NCBI GenBank assembly: GCA_910585015.1
Contig: CAJUCT010000008.1
Coordinates: forward strand, 29,106 to 93,105
Source: an uncultured Acetatifactor sp.
Lineage (GTDB): Bacteria; Bacillota; Clostridia; Lachnospirales; Lachnospiraceae
DNA: 64,000 bases
Reading direction: 5' to 3'
In this document: one piece after another, positions 39,062 to 50,700 of the stretch
Position numbering within the stretch: the first letter of the stretch is position 1
Layout: each line of letters opens with the position of its first letter
Translations under genes and position numbers: made by a program
The notes under the pieces: generated by a model
What the model was told of the DNA's origin: nothing
The model's database searches: none
What the model saw: only the letters and a program-made list of their open reading frames with translations

Positions 39062-40441
39062 CTATTTTTGGAGGAGGGATTCGCCGATTTTCACCACATC
39101 CCCGGCTCCCATAGTTATCAACAGGTCGCCGTTTATGCAATTTTCTAACAGGAATTTTTCGGCTTCCTCAAAAGTGGGGAAGTAGTCGCACTCCCGGCCA
39201 AGCCTTTGGACAGCGGCCTGCAGATCCCGGGAACTGATGCCCAGGGTATCCTTTTCCCTGGCGGCATAGATATCTGTCAGCACTACCCGGTCAGCCAGGG
39301 TCAGGGCCTGGGCAAACTGCTCCATAAAGTCTCTGGTGCGGGAGTAAGTATGAGGCTGGAACATGCACCAGAGGGTCTTGTGGGGATAATTATGCGCCGC
39401 CTGCAAGGTTGCAGTAATTTCTGTGGGGTGATGTGCATAATCATCTATTATAGTGACACCGTTCACATTGCCCTTGTACTCAAAACGCCGGTCCGTGCCC
39501 TGAAATTCATGCAGGGCCGCCAGGGTATTTTCACGGCTGATGTCCAACAGATCCGCGGTGGCGATAGCCGCCAGAGCATTGTGTACATTGTGACTGCCGG
39601 GCACTTTCAGCGACACCTGTTGGGGATCCCGGCCGGGACTGTGCAGCAGGAAGGAGGCGTTGCCCTGCTCATCCTGGGCAATGTCGCTGGCATAGTAGTC
39701 ACAGCCGCCGTCATGACCGTAGGTGATAATCCGGCAGGACAAGCCCTGGGTCAGTTCCTGCCAGCGATCAATGTCGCCGCTGATTACCAGGGTGCCATCC
39801 TGGGGCAGCAGCCGGGCAAAGTTATGGAAGGAATGACGGATGGCCGCCAGGTCTTTGAAAAAGTCCAGATGATCCTCTTCCACGTTCAGAATCAGGGCGA
39901 TCTTGGGAAAGAAGCTTAAAAAGCTGTTCGTATACTCACAGGCTTCGGTGAGGAAGTAGCCGCTTTCCCCCACTCTTATGTTGCCGCCGATAGACTTTAA
40001 GATACCGCCGATGGACAGGGTGGGATCGGTGCCCGCTTTAAGCAGGATTTCGGAGAGCATGGATGTGGTGGTGGTCTTGCCGTGGGTGCCGCTGACGGCG
40101 ATGGGAAGTTCATAATTCTTCATGATCTGTCCCAGCAGCTGGGCCCTGGACAAGTAGGGGATTTCCTTCTGGCGGATGGCCGCAAATTCCAGATTGTCCT
40201 CGTGTACGGCGCTGGTCAGCACGGCGCAGTCGATACCCTCCGTGACATGGGCGGCATCTTCCCCATAGTAAACCTGAATGCCTTTTTTCTCCAGAGCCTG
40301 GGTGATGGGGCTGGATTTCCAGTCGGAACCGGATACGGCAAAGCCCGCCTGGTGCAGAATTTCCGCCAGCCCGCTCATGCTGATACCGCCGATACCCACA
40401 AAATAAACAGAAACGGGGTGTTTAAAATCTATCTGATACAT
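39062..40441 (-). CDS. murC: UDP-N-acetylmuramate--L-alanine ligase
   Basis: FVGIGGISMSGLAEIL and GTHGKTTTTSM. Confidence 0.95.
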   Translation of the reverse strand: MYQIDFKHPVSVYFVGIGGISMSGLAEILHQAGFAVSGSDWKSSPITQALEKKGIQVYYGEDAAHVTEGIDCAVLTSAVHEDNLEFAAIRQKEIPYLSRAQLLGQIMKNYELPIAVSGTHGKTTTTSMLSEILLKAGTDPTLSIGGILKSIGGNIRVGESGYFLTEACEYTNSFLSFFPKIALILNVEEDHLDFFKDLAAIRHSFHNFARLLPQDGTLVISGDIDRWQELTQGLSCRIITYGHDGGCDYYASDIAQDEQGNASFLLHSPGRDPQQVSLKVPGSHNVHNALAAIATADLLDISRENTLAALHEFQGTDRRFEYKGNVNGVTIIDDYAHHPTEITATLQAAHNYPHKTLWCMFQPHTYSRTRDFMEQFAQALTLADRVVLTDIYAAREKDTLGISSRDLQAAVQRLGRECDYFPTFEEAEKFLLENCINGDLLITMGAGDVVKIGESLLQK

Positions 40442-40598
40442 AACAGCGCATAACTCCTTTTTGAGAAATGTTCTAAAATTATTATATTCCTTATTATATA
40501 CTTTGTGGGTAAAAAAAACAAACGCATTTTAATGTTAAGAAAATTCTGTTAAAATTGAATAAAAAAGGGAAACAAAATAACTTTTTTCTGTAAAAATA

Positions 40599-40627
40599 TT
40601 CACAATTCTTATTGGATATGTTATAAT
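40599..40627 (+). promoter_or_regulatory. glgC promoter
   Basis: TTCACA, 17 nt, then TATAAT preceded by TG (extended -10 TGTTATAAT). Confidence 0.6.
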
Positions 40628-40684
40628 GTATACAAGACAAGGCCGAGGAATGCATTGTCTATTATGCTAGATTGAGGTGATGAC

Positions 40685-41956
40685 ATGATTAAGAAAGAAA
40701 TGATAGCCATGTTATTGGCTGGAGGGCAGGGCAGCCGACTGGGAGTTCTTACATCCAAGGTAGCCAAGCCGGCAGTGGCTTTCGGAGGAAAGTACCGCAT
40801 TATTGATTTTCCCCTGAGCAACTGTATCAATTCGGGTGTCGATACGGTGGGTGTATTGACCCAGTATCAGCCGCTTCGGCTGAATACCCATATCGGAATC
40901 GGAATTCCCTGGGATCTGGACCGGAACATCGGCGGTGTAACGGTGCTCCCTCCCTATGAGAAGAGTGCCAACAGCGAGTGGTATACCGGCACTGCCAATG
41001 CGATTTTCCAGAATCTGGATTACATGGAGAGCTTCAACCCGGAATATGTCCTGATCTTGTCAGGCGACCATATCTACAAGATGGATTATGAGGTGATGCT
41101 GGATTTTCACAAGGCGAACGAAGCGGAGGTGACCATCGCGGTCATGCCTGTCCCCATGGAGGAGGCCAGCCGTTTCGGAATCATGATTACGGATGAGAAC
41201 CGGCGGATCACCGATTTTGAGGAGAAGCCTGAACATCCCAGGAGCAACCTGGCCAGCATGGGTATTTACATTTTTAATTGGAAGACGCTGAAAGAAGCGC
41301 TGCTGACCATGGCAGATCAACCGGCTCTGGATTTCGGTAAGCATGTCATCCCCTACTGCCATGAAAAGGGAGCGCCGCTGTATGCTTATGAGTTCAACGG
41401 CTACTGGAAGGACGTGGGTACATTAAACTCTTATTGGGAGGCCAATATGGAGTTGATCGATATTGTGCCGGAGTTCAATTTGTATGAGGAATACTGGAAG
41501 ATTTATACCAAGAGTGATATTCTGCCGCCTCAGTATATGTCCAGAGACAGTGTCGTTTCTCGCTGTATCATCGGCGAGGGTTCGGATGTATACGGAAAGG
41601 TGTACAACTCTGTGGTGGGGTGCGGCGTGACCATTGGAGAGGGCGCTGTGGTTCGGGATTCCATCATTATGAACAATGTCGTCATAGGCGCCGGATGCGA
41701 GATTAACAAGGCGATCATAGCGGAGAATGTACAGATCGGTAAGGGTGTAAAGCTGGGCGTGGGAGACGAGGCGGAGAACAACACGGCTCCTCATATCTAT
41801 AATCACGGTCTGGTGACAGTGGGTGAGAAGAGTGTGATTCCCGACAATGTCAGCGTGGGCAAGAACACGGTGATCGCCGGGGCTACCACGGCTGCGGACT
41901 ATGAGAACGCCTACCTGGCAAGCGGCAAGACATTAATCAAGGCAGAGGAGAGATAA
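40685..41956 (+). CDS. glgC: Glucose-1-phosphate adenylyltransferase
   Basis: [14 protein letters not shown] and the C-terminal left-handed beta-helix repeats. Confidence 0.93.
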   Translation: MIKKEMIAMLLAGGQGSRLGVLTSKVAKPAVAFGGKYRIIDFPLSNCINSGVDTVGVLTQYQPLRLNTHIGIGIPWDLDRNIGGVTVLPPYEKSANSEWYTGTANAIFQNLDYMESFNPEYVLILSGDHIYKMDYEVMLDFHKANEAEVTIAVMPVPMEEASRFGIMITDENRRITDFEEKPEHPRSNLASMGIYIFNWKTLKEALLTMADQPALDFGKHVIPYCHEKGAPLYAYEFNGYWKDVGTLNSYWEANMELIDIVPEFNLYEEYWKIYTKSDILPPQYMSRDSVVSRCIIGEGSDVYGKVYNSVVGCGVTIGEGAVVRDSIIMNNVVIGAGCEINKAIIAENVQIGKGVKLGVGDEAENNTAPHIYNHGLVTVGEKSVIPDNVSVGKNTVIAGATTAADYENAYLASGKTLIKAEER

Positions 41957-41958
41957 CA

Positions 41959-43077
41959 GTGAGAGCTATAGGAATCGTTTTGGCAGGTGGCAATAACCAC
42001 CGAATGAAAGAGTTGTCACAGAAACGTGCCATCTGTGCCATGCCGGTGGCCGGCAGCTACCGGAGCATTGACTTTACACTCAGCAATATGTCCAATTCCC
42101 ATATCCAGAAAGTTGCGGTGTTTACCCAGTACAATTCCAGAAGCCTGAATGAACACTTAAGCTCCTCCAAATGGTGGGATTTCGGACGAAAGCAGGGCGG
42201 CCTGTACGTCTTTACGCCGGCAGTGACCGTGAATAACAGCAACTGGTACAGGGGCACGGCAGACGCCATCGCCCAGAACCTGACGTGGCTGAAGAACAGC
42301 CATGAGCCCTATGTGGTCATCGCCTCCGGCGACTGCGTGTACAAGATGGACTTCAACAAGCTGTTGGAGTACCATATTGACAAGAAGGCCGACATCACAG
42401 TGGTGTGCCGGGATATGGAGCCGGGCACGGAGATCGAGCGCTTCGGCACCATGAAAATGAATGAGGATTACCGCATCACGGAGTTTGAGGAAAAGCCATT
42501 ACAGGCCAAGAGCAATACCGTCTCCTGCGGCATCTACGTGATTCGCCGCCGCAATCTGATTGAGATGATCGAGAGATGTGTGGAGGAGGAGCGGTACGAT
42601 TTTGTGCGTGACATCCTGATCCGCTACAAGGATATGAAGAGAATCTACGCCTACAAGATTAAGGAATATTGGCGCAATATCGCATCGGTGGAGGATTATT
42701 ACGGAACCAATATGGATTTCCTGAAGCCGGAGGTGCGCAGCTATTTCTTCAAGCAGTATCCCGACATATATTCCAAGGTGGACGACCTGCCGCCCGCAAA
42801 ATATAATCCGGGCGCGGATATCCGCAACAGCCTGATCTCCAGCGGCTGCATTGTCAACGGCGTGGTGGAAAATTCGGTGATTTTCAAGAAGAGTTATATC
42901 GGCAACAACTGCGTGATTAAGAACTCCGTGATTCTGAACGATGTATACATCGGCGACAACACATATATTGAGAACTGCATTGTGGAGAGCCGGGATACCA
43001 TCCGTGCAGGCTCCCGCTTCGTGGGTGAAGGCGGCATCAAGATCGTGGTGGAGAAAAATGAAAGATATGTAATGTAG
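41959..43077 (+). CDS. glgD: Glucose-1-phosphate adenylyltransferase regulatory subunit GlgD (GTG start)
   Basis: Paralogue of glgC with a degenerate N-terminal motif VLAGGNNHRMKELS. Lies immediately downstream of glgC. Confidence 0.88.
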   Translation: MRAIGIVLAGGNNHRMKELSQKRAICAMPVAGSYRSIDFTLSNMSNSHIQKVAVFTQYNSRSLNEHLSSSKWWDFGRKQGGLYVFTPAVTVNNSNWYRGTADAIAQNLTWLKNSHEPYVVIASGDCVYKMDFNKLLEYHIDKKADITVVCRDMEPGTEIERFGTMKMNEDYRITEFEEKPLQAKSNTVSCGIYVIRRRNLIEMIERCVEEERYDFVRDILIRYKDMKRIYAYKIKEYWRNIASVEDYYGTNMDFLKPEVRSYFFKQYPDIYSKVDDLPPAKYNPGADIRNSLISSGCIVNGVVENSVIFKKSYIGNNCVIKNSVILNDVYIGDNTYIENCIVESRDTIRAGSRFVGEGGIKIVVEKNERYVM

Positions 43078-43300
43078 AAGTAATAAAAACATCTTATACT
43101 GCTTAACAGTTAAAATTTCCGAGTAACCTGACTACATAACGCCAGCCATATACGTTTAACCAATGCAGTACGGTAAATTCTGGCGTTATGTAGTATAAAA
43201 CGAGAAATGCTCTGCATTTAATTCTTTTGAACTGAATGTGTGCGGCGGCGCACGGGATCAATGTTTATAATAAAAGCATTTAGCTAAGGGGGTTGTTCCA

Positions 43301-43579
43301 ATGCAGATTACAGATGTACGGGTACGTAAGATTACCAAGGAAGGAAAGATGAAGGCTATCGTGTCCATCACTCTGGACGATGAGTTTGTGGTACACGATA
43401 TCAAAGTGATCGAGGGGGAGAAGGGCATGTTTATTGCCATGCCCAGCAAGAAGGCGGCGGACGGGGAGCATCGGGATATTGCGCATCCTATCAATTCCGC
43501 CACCAGGGAGCATATCCAGCAGGTGATTCTGGAAAGCTATGAGAAGGCGCTGGCGGCACCGGATGTGGAAGAGGAGTAA
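43301..43579 (+). CDS. spoVG: Septation/sporulation regulator SpoVG
   Basis: [49 protein letters not shown]. Confidence 0.95.
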   Translation: MQITDVRVRKITKEGKMKAIVSITLDDEFVVHDIKVIEGEKGMFIAMPSKKAADGEHRDIAHPINSATREHIQQVILESYEKALAAPDVEEE

Positions 43580-43634
43580 TTCATACTGACATGTATTGGG
43601 GTGGGAAAGCTGTCGCAGAGATGCGGCGGCTTTC

Positions 43635-44885
43635 TTATTCCGCGTACAAGTTCCGCTGCTTCCCGTACCGCGCCCTCTCATAGTCCTCGTGAAGCGTCTG
43701 CATGGCGGCATCCTCCGCCAGCCCGGCCTTTTCCTCAATCTCCGCGGGCGACTCGTATGCCGCCGGACGATCCTTGCGATGTTTTCTGATAGTTCGCTTA
43801 TACAGGCGTTTGATTCGGATCGTCTCGCTGTCCTGTTCCCGGGCCGTCATCACAATGCGCCTGCCGCCTGTTTTTTTCTCCAGTTCCTCGATCTTATCTC
43901 CGTTCTCGTCAAGATCTCTGCGGAAGTCCCGGAAAATTTTTTTAATTGCCATCACAACAGCGTAGACACAGGCAATTATGCAGGCTACACTCAATCCCCA
44001 AAACAGTACCTCCCAGATCATTGACAATTTTGAAGGTTCACCCACATCCATGAAGAATTGCGACATCCCTCCGGCATTGCCGCCGGAGGTTTGAAAGTTA
44101 AAATTTCCTTCATAGTCGCCCGGCGCCAGGGGCATATCCGTGAACCATTCCCTCACGTCGGTATATCTCCTTGCTTTTATCAGAAGGAAGGAGGGCAGGA
44201 TCACCGCAAGCAGGAGCACCGCGTACAGGCATAACATCCCGCCGCTTACCGCATACAGGCGTTTTGCAGGTATCCCCTTGGTCCGTTTATTCAGCATAAG
44301 ATAATGCTCTGTGGTCCTGAAAAAGGTGTATGCCAGCGCAAGAAACAGATAGACAATCGCACTGAAAAGGGCGATGTCGCACAGAAGTTTCGCGTTAAAT
44401 AAAATGCCTGCAATATACATTGTGATAAAATACCCGTTGCTCAAAGATGGTCGGTCCAAAAAGCTTTCTCTATATAGCGCAAGGGGATCCGTTTCTTTTC
44501 GGGCTTCATATCTTTTGCGCTTTATCCTGTCCGCAAGCCGTATCACGGCAATAATGGCTGTCTCCGCAAGCATACAGACCCGGTAGCAGTTTACGGGTAA
44601 TTCCGCGGAGCCGTCCTGTCCCATAAGCCGCGGCACACCGGCTATAACCCCGTATATTACTGTAAAAAGCGCCGCGCAGACAAGAAGATACGCACCCAGT
44701 GTTCTAACGCGATCCGCCGCGATTTTCGTGACTGCCACCGGCACCGCCACCAGCAGACATTTCAGATAGAACGGCGCCGTGCCTTCCGGGGGCGTAAACA
44801 TGCATAACCCATATACAAATGGGATAAACAGAGCAAAAATAAGTGTCGCATGAATCCATTCCATCACCACCAGATGCTTTTTCAT
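43635..44885 (-). CDS. Polytopic membrane protein with DUF4129-like C-terminus
   Basis: Several TM helices. The C-terminal ESPAEIEEKAGL...LHEDYERARYG resembles DUF4129. Third gene of the MoxR-DUF58 operon. Confidence 0.6.
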   Translation of the reverse strand: MKKHLVVMEWIHATLIFALFIPFVYGLCMFTPPEGTAPFYLKCLLVAVPVAVTKIAADRVRTLGAYLLVCAALFTVIYGVIAGVPRLMGQDGSAELPVNCYRVCMLAETAIIAVIRLADRIKRKRYEARKETDPLALYRESFLDRPSLSNGYFITMYIAGILFNAKLLCDIALFSAIVYLFLALAYTFFRTTEHYLMLNKRTKGIPAKRLYAVSGGMLCLYAVLLLAVILPSFLLIKARRYTDVREWFTDMPLAPGDYEGNFNFQTSGGNAGGMSQFFMDVGEPSKLSMIWEVLFWGLSVACIIACVYAVVMAIKKIFRDFRRDLDENGDKIEELEKKTGGRRIVMTAREQDSETIRIKRLYKRTIRKHRKDRPAAYESPAEIEEKAGLAEDAAMQTLHEDYERARYGKQRNLYAE

Positions 44886-46018
44886 TCCCTGTCCACCTCC
44901 CGCACCAGTATCCGGACATTTTTACTGCTCTTTATATGGGAAAACTCTCCCTGTAAGGCTTCTCCCCGGTAGACAGGGCAGACGAGGATTGTCTGACTTT
45001 CTCCGGCGCGTCTTTTTATGGCGTCAAACAGTGCAAGACTCAGATTTTTGGTAATAAAAATCAGCAGTGTATCCGCAGGGACAGAGTATTTGTTCAACTC
45101 CGCCCCAAAGGGATGAGCCCCGTTCACGGTCTGATATTCCGCAAGCATACGCTCCATGCGGATCAGCATTTCTTTCTTATTGGTGGGCGCAAAGCCGCTC
45201 TCCTGACCGGCGGCAGTGCTGCCGTTAAAGCAGAATCCCACCTCGATTCCCCGCCGCAGCAGCCTGCGCGCCAGGGACGCGGCAATGGAGATGCTTTCCT
45301 CCACCAAATCCTGGTATTTCAGGATGCCGCTATCCTCCACATCCAGAAACAGCATGGCTTTCTGGGACAGCGCCGAATCAAAGGTATTGACCATCAGTGT
45401 TCCCGTTTTTGCGCTGGCCTTCCAGTTAATTGCTTTCATCGGGTCGTCAGTGGTGTAGTCCCTGATGGTGCGGAACGCAAAGGGATCCTCATACAGCCGC
45501 TTGGCGCATTGCAGGGTTCCCAACATCCGCTCGCACAGCGGCATAATGTCAGACACATTTGCCATTCGGGGATAGACGTATATTGCCGCGTTGCTCTCCA
45601 GTTCCTTGCCGAGGCGTTTTCTGTACAGAAGGGAATGGGTGGCAAGCTCCGCTTCCCTGATCTCATAATGTCCGCGCCGCGTACATTTTAACGGGATTTC
45701 CCGCGTAATCTTCTGCCTGCCCAGCACCGCGAAGATGTCCCTCTTGTAAATATAGTCGCTTACATTGGTGTTGTCCGCCCCCGCAAAGTCCAGTTCCTTC
45801 CTTGTATGAAAGCCCACCTCGAGCACCGGAACCGGCATTGCTCCCCGGTTCTCGATTACCTCATAAAGTTTTGTCTCCTCCCCCGCATAGAGGGCATCTG
45901 TCTCAAACCGGAGCAGGACCGTGATGTTCTTTGCCCAAAAATGTTTGTAATAGAGGTTCCATAGGGCTGTAACCAGTCCCACTGCAAGTAGAAAATAAAG
46001 TATCATCTCTTTGACCAA
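44882..46018 (-). CDS. DUF58 domain protein
   Basis: 378 aa. Position after MoxR, overlapping stops/starts, and an N-terminal TM helix. Confidence 0.65.
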   Translation of the reverse strand: MVKEMILYFLLAVGLVTALWNLYYKHFWAKNITVLLRFETDALYAGEETKLYEVIENRGAMPVPVLEVGFHTRKELDFAGADNTNVSDYIYKRDIFAVLGRQKITREIPLKCTRRGHYEIREAELATHSLLYRKRLGKELESNAAIYVYPRMANVSDIMPLCERMLGTLQCAKRLYEDPFAFRTIRDYTTDDPMKAINWKASAKTGTLMVNTFDSALSQKAMLFLDVEDSGILKYQDLVEESISIAASLARRLLRRGIEVGFCFNGSTAAGQESGFAPTNKKEMLIRMERMLAEYQTVNGAHPFGAELNKYSVPADTLLIFITKNLSLALFDAIKRRAGESQTILVCPVYRGEALQGEFSHIKSSKNVRILVREVDRE

Positions 46019-46893
46019 TCCTCTGTGGGCAGCGCCACACTGTCTAAAAGTTTCTGTATAAATGCATTTTTCTGGACTTCTTCAAACTCCCCCACCAGCC
46101 GGTGGCCCAGCACAGGGACGGCAACCGCTTTGATATCCTCCGGCACCACATAATCTCTGTCGTTTACAAGGGCCATTCCCTGTGCCGCGCGCGCAAACGC
46201 AAGGGTCCCTCTGGGACTTACGCCCGCCGCCGCGCTGCCCTGCACACCGCTTTTGTGCCGTCTGGTCTCCTGAACCAGCGACACGATATAGTTTTTCAGA
46301 TCGTCATGGATAAACACTTCTCTGCAGGCGCGCTGGAGCAGTCGAATATCCTCGCCGGTACACACGGCTTCGATATGCGCCAGAGGTTCCTCATGAATAT
46401 AGCGGTCAAGCTGTGCCTCCGGCAGAGGAAAACAGCCGATGGTCTCAATCGGATTCTGGGTGGCCAGGACAAAGAACGGCGCGTCCAGGCAGCGTGTTGT
46501 GCCATCCACCGTCACCTGTCCTTCGGCCATACATTCAAGAAGGCTTGACTGCGTCCTCGGCGTTGCGCGATTGATCTCATCCGCCAGCAGAATATTGGTG
46601 AATACCGGCCCCTCCTTAAAGGTGAAAGCATTCTTCTCCTGATTAAAAAAGGACAGTCCGGTTACGTCGCTTGGCAGTAAATCCGGTGTGAACTGCACAC
46701 GGTCAAATCGGCATCCCATGGACTTGGCAATGGTCTTTGCCAGCACAGTTTTTCCGGTGCCCGGCACGTCCTCCAGCAGCACATGTCCGCCTGCGGCGAT
46801 GGATGCCAGCAGCAGGCGCGTGACTTCTCTTTTTCCTATAACAACTCTTGCCACATTCTCCTGGATTTCCGATAATAGATGTGTACTTTGCAT
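46003..46893 (-). CDS. MoxR-like AAA+ ATPase
   Basis: LLEDVPGTGKT Walker A, LLADEINRA Walker B and ATQNPIE..PLPEAQLDR. Start set at MQSTHLL, after GGGAGGAAG. Confidence 0.88.
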   Translation of the reverse strand: MQSTHLLSEIQENVARVVIGKREVTRLLLASIAAGGHVLLEDVPGTGKTVLAKTIAKSMGCRFDRVQFTPDLLPSDVTGLSFFNQEKNAFTFKEGPVFTNILLADEINRATPRTQSSLLECMAEGQVTVDGTTRCLDAPFFVLATQNPIETIGCFPLPEAQLDRYIHEEPLAHIEAVCTGEDIRLLQRACREVFIHDDLKNYIVSLVQETRRHKSGVQGSAAAGVSPRGTLAFARAAQGMALVNDRDYVVPEDIKAVAVPVLGHRLVGEFEEVQKNAFIQKLLDSVALPTEDWSKR

Positions 46894-47151
46894 TTTTCTT
46901 CCTCCCACTCTTTATACTGACGATCGATAAGCTTTTTCTTTCTGCCCGGCGTATGCTGCGCTGTTTGATTTCATGGATTTATTTTAAGGTATATTTCCGA
47001 AGCAGACAATAGTTATTGGGCAAATAGTGGGATTTCCCCATAATTTTTCCGGCATATGGGTTCGATAGAAAATTCTGCTTGAATTAACAATGTGTTATGG
47101 GGTATCATTAGAATGCTTGAGCAAAGGCACAAGTGTTGAAGGAGGAGTACT

Positions 47152-47727
47152 ATGTTTATTATTGCGGGCCTGGGCAATCCGGGCAGGGAATATGAAAATA
47201 CAAGGCATAATATCGGTTTTCTTGTCATAGATGATATTGCGAAGAAATACCAGATTACCATGCTGGAGAGAAAACATAAGGCAGTCATCGGCAAGGGCTA
47301 TATTGACGGGCATAAGGTGGTTCTGGTGAAACCCCTCACCTATATGAACCAGAGCGGGGAGAGCATCCGTCAGGCGACGGATTACTATAAGGTGGATGTG
47401 ACTACCCAGCTGGTGGTGGTCTCCGACGATATCAGCCTGGATGTGGGGCAGCTGCGTATCCGCAAGAAGGGCAGCGCAGGGGGGCACAATGGACTGAAAA
47501 ATATAATCCTGCATCTGGGAAGCGAGAATTTTATCCGAATCAGGATGGGGGTCAGCGACAAGCCTCAGGGCTATGATCTGAAGGACTATGTGCTGGGCCA
47601 TTTTACGGACAAAGAGAAAAAGGTGCTGGAGGAGACGAGCGGGAAGGCGGCGGAGGCTATCCGTATGATTTTGCAGGGCGATGTGGACGGCGCCATGAAC
47701 CGGTATAACACGAAGAAGAAAGTATAG
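47152..47727 (+). CDS. pth: Peptidyl-tRNA hydrolase
   Basis: GLGNPGREYENTRHNIGF. Confidence 0.95.
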   Translation: MFIIAGLGNPGREYENTRHNIGFLVIDDIAKKYQITMLERKHKAVIGKGYIDGHKVVLVKPLTYMNQSGESIRQATDYYKVDVTTQLVVVSDDISLDVGQLRIRKKGSAGGHNGLKNIILHLGSENFIRIRMGVSDKPQGYDLKDYVLGHFTDKEKKVLEETSGKAAEAIRMILQGDVDGAMNRYNTKKKV

Positions 47728-47744
47728 TGGGGGGAGGTAGAAGG

Positions 47745-50700
47745 ATGCAGGCTTTATTGGCACCTTTGCGGGATCTGGCGGAGTATGACCAGATCAGGGA
47801 GGATATCCGCAGGGGGAGGACCCCGGTGGCGCTCAGCGGCTGTGTGGACTCCCAGAAACTGCATATGATTTATGGACTGTCCGATGGCCTGCGCTGCAAG
47901 GTCATCGTGACTTACAGTGATTTAAAGGCCAGGGAATTGTATGAGGAGTATCGCTTCTATGACAGGAACACGCTGCTCTATCCGGCCAAGGATCTGATTT
48001 TCTTCCAGGCGGATATCCACGGCAACCAGCTGACAAGAGAGAGGGTACGGGTGCTGCGGCGGATTGCGGAGGGCAAACCCCTGACGCTGATCACCACCTT
48101 TGCGGCGCTGATGACGCCCCAGGTGCAGTGGGACCCACAGAAAGATATTCTGGCGGTGGAGAACGGGGGAACCCTGGACGAAGCGGCGCTGGCCAGGAGA
48201 CTGGTGGATCTGGGCTATGAAAAGACGGCCCAGGTGGAAGGCAGCGGACAATTTTCCATCCGGGGCGGCATCATCGACATCTATGATCTGACGGAGGAAA
48301 ATCCCTACCGCATTGAGTTGTGGGGGGATCAGGTGGAATCCATCAGGTCCTTTGACGTGCTGAGCCAGCGCTCCATCGAGAAGCTGGAGAGTGTCACCAT
48401 CTATCCGGCGGCGGAGTTTGTCATGGACAGGGAGCGTCTGGAGGCGGGGGTTAAACGGATTGAGGAGGAGGCCGCCGCCCAGGAAAAGAAGCTGCGGGAT
48501 GCCTTTGAGACTGAGGCGGCCCATCGGATCCATACCCAGATCGGGGAACTGAAAGAGCAGCTGCTGGAGTTTCAGGCCAAAGTAAATCTGGAGAGTTATA
48601 TCCATTATTTTTTCCAGGAGACTCTCACCTTGCCGGAACTGCTGCAGAAGCTGGACGAGTCACGGGAGATGAAGAGGGTGCATCCCAACTTGATTTTCTA
48701 TATGGATGAACCCGTCCGAATCGCCGAACACGCGGATGCGGTGGAACTGGAGTTTCGGGAGAGCATGGGGCAGCGGGCCCAGAAGGGTTATGTGCTGCCG
48801 GGACAGATGGACATTCTCTACGGCAGGGAGCAGGTCATGGCCAAGTGTCTTAAGTCTGCCGTGGTATCTCTGGCCACCATGGACGGGAAGAACAATCTGC
48901 TGAAGCCCTCCTCCCGGGTCATGGTATCCGCCCGCAGCGTGTCCCCCTACAACAACAGCTTTGAGGCATTGGTAAAGGATCTGACCCGTTACCGGAGGCA
49001 GGGCTATCGGGTGCTGCTGTTGTCCGGTTCCCGGACCCGTGCGAAACGCCTGGCGGAGGATCTGCGGGAGTATGAACTGACCGCCGTGTACACGGAGGAC
49101 CCTTTCCGTGAGGTGCAGCCCGGGGAGGTAGTTACCTATTACGGTCATGTGAACAAAGGTTTTGAATATCCGCTGATCAAGTATGTGGTGATCGCCGAGT
49201 CGGATATTTTCGGGGCGGAGAAGAAGAAAAAGAAGAAAAAACTGTATCAGGGACAGAAGATCAACGATTTCCACGAGTTGAAAGTGGGGGATTACGTGGT
49301 GCATGAAACCCATGGGCTGGGCATCTACCGGGGCATTGAAAAGGTAGAAGTGGAAAAGGTGGTCAAGGATTACATTAAGATTGAGTACCGTGACGGGGGC
49401 AATCTCTATGTGTTGGCTACGGGCCTGGACGTGATCCAGAAATATGCATCGGCGGAAGGGGGAAAACCGAAGTTAAACAAGCTGGGCACCAAGGAGTGGG
49501 ACCGCACCAAATCAAAAGTGCGCACCGCCGTGGACCAGGTGGCGGGAGACCTGGTGGAACTCTATGCCCTGCGTCAGCAGAGCCAGGGTTACCAATACGG
49601 CAGGGACACAGTGTGGCAGCGGGAGTTCGAGGAGATGTTCCCTTTTGAGGAGACGGAGGATCAGCTGGCTGCCATAGCGGATACCAAGGCGGATATGGAG
49701 AGCGGCAAAATTATGGATCGGCTGATCTGCGGCGACGTGGGATACGGCAAGACGGAGATTGCCATCCGGGCGGCGTTCAAGGCCGTACAGGAGGGTAAGC
49801 AGGTGGTGTACCTGGTGCCCACCACGATCCTGGCCCAGCAGCATTACAACACATTTACCCAGCGGATGAAAGATTTTCCGGTCAGAGTGGAACTGTTATC
49901 CCGGTTTCGGACACCGGGGGAGATTAAAAAGTCGGTGGCGGACTTGCAAAAGGGTCTGGTGGACATTGTCATCGGCACTCACCGGGTGTTGTCGGAGGAT
50001 GTGAAATTCAAGGATCTGGGGCTGCTGATCATCGACGAGGAGCAGCGTTTCGGCGTGGCCCACAAGGAAAAGATCAAGAAGCTGAAGGAGAATGTGGACG
50101 TGCTGACGCTGACGGCCACTCCTATCCCCCGAACCCTCCATATGAGCCTCATCGGTATCCGGGACATGAGTGTGCTGGAGGAGGCGCCGGACGAGCGTCT
50201 GCCCATACAGACCTATGTCTTAGAGTACAACGAGCAGATGGTCCGGGAGGCCATCGTCCGGGAACTGGCCCGGGGAGGACAGGTTTTCTATGTCTACAAC
50301 CGGGTAAACAATATTGCGGACATCGCATCGGGGATTGCGGCGCTGGTGCCGGAGGCCACGGTGGCCTATGCCCACGGGCAGATGAAAGAGCATGAACTGG
50401 AAAAAATCATGGTAGATTTTATCGCCGGGGACATAGATGTGCTGGTGTCCACCACCATTATCGAGACCGGGCTGGATATCTCCAATGTGAATACCATGAT
50501 CATTCACGATTCGGACAATCTGGGCCTGTCCCAGCTGTATCAGCTGCGTGGGCGGGTGGGGCGCTCCAGCCGGACGGCCTACGCTTTTCTGATGTACAAG
50601 CGTGACAAGATGCTCAAGGAGGTGGCGGAGAAGCGCCTGGCGGCCATCCGGGAGTTCACGGATCTGGGCAGCGGCTTCAAGATTGCCATGAGGGATCTGG

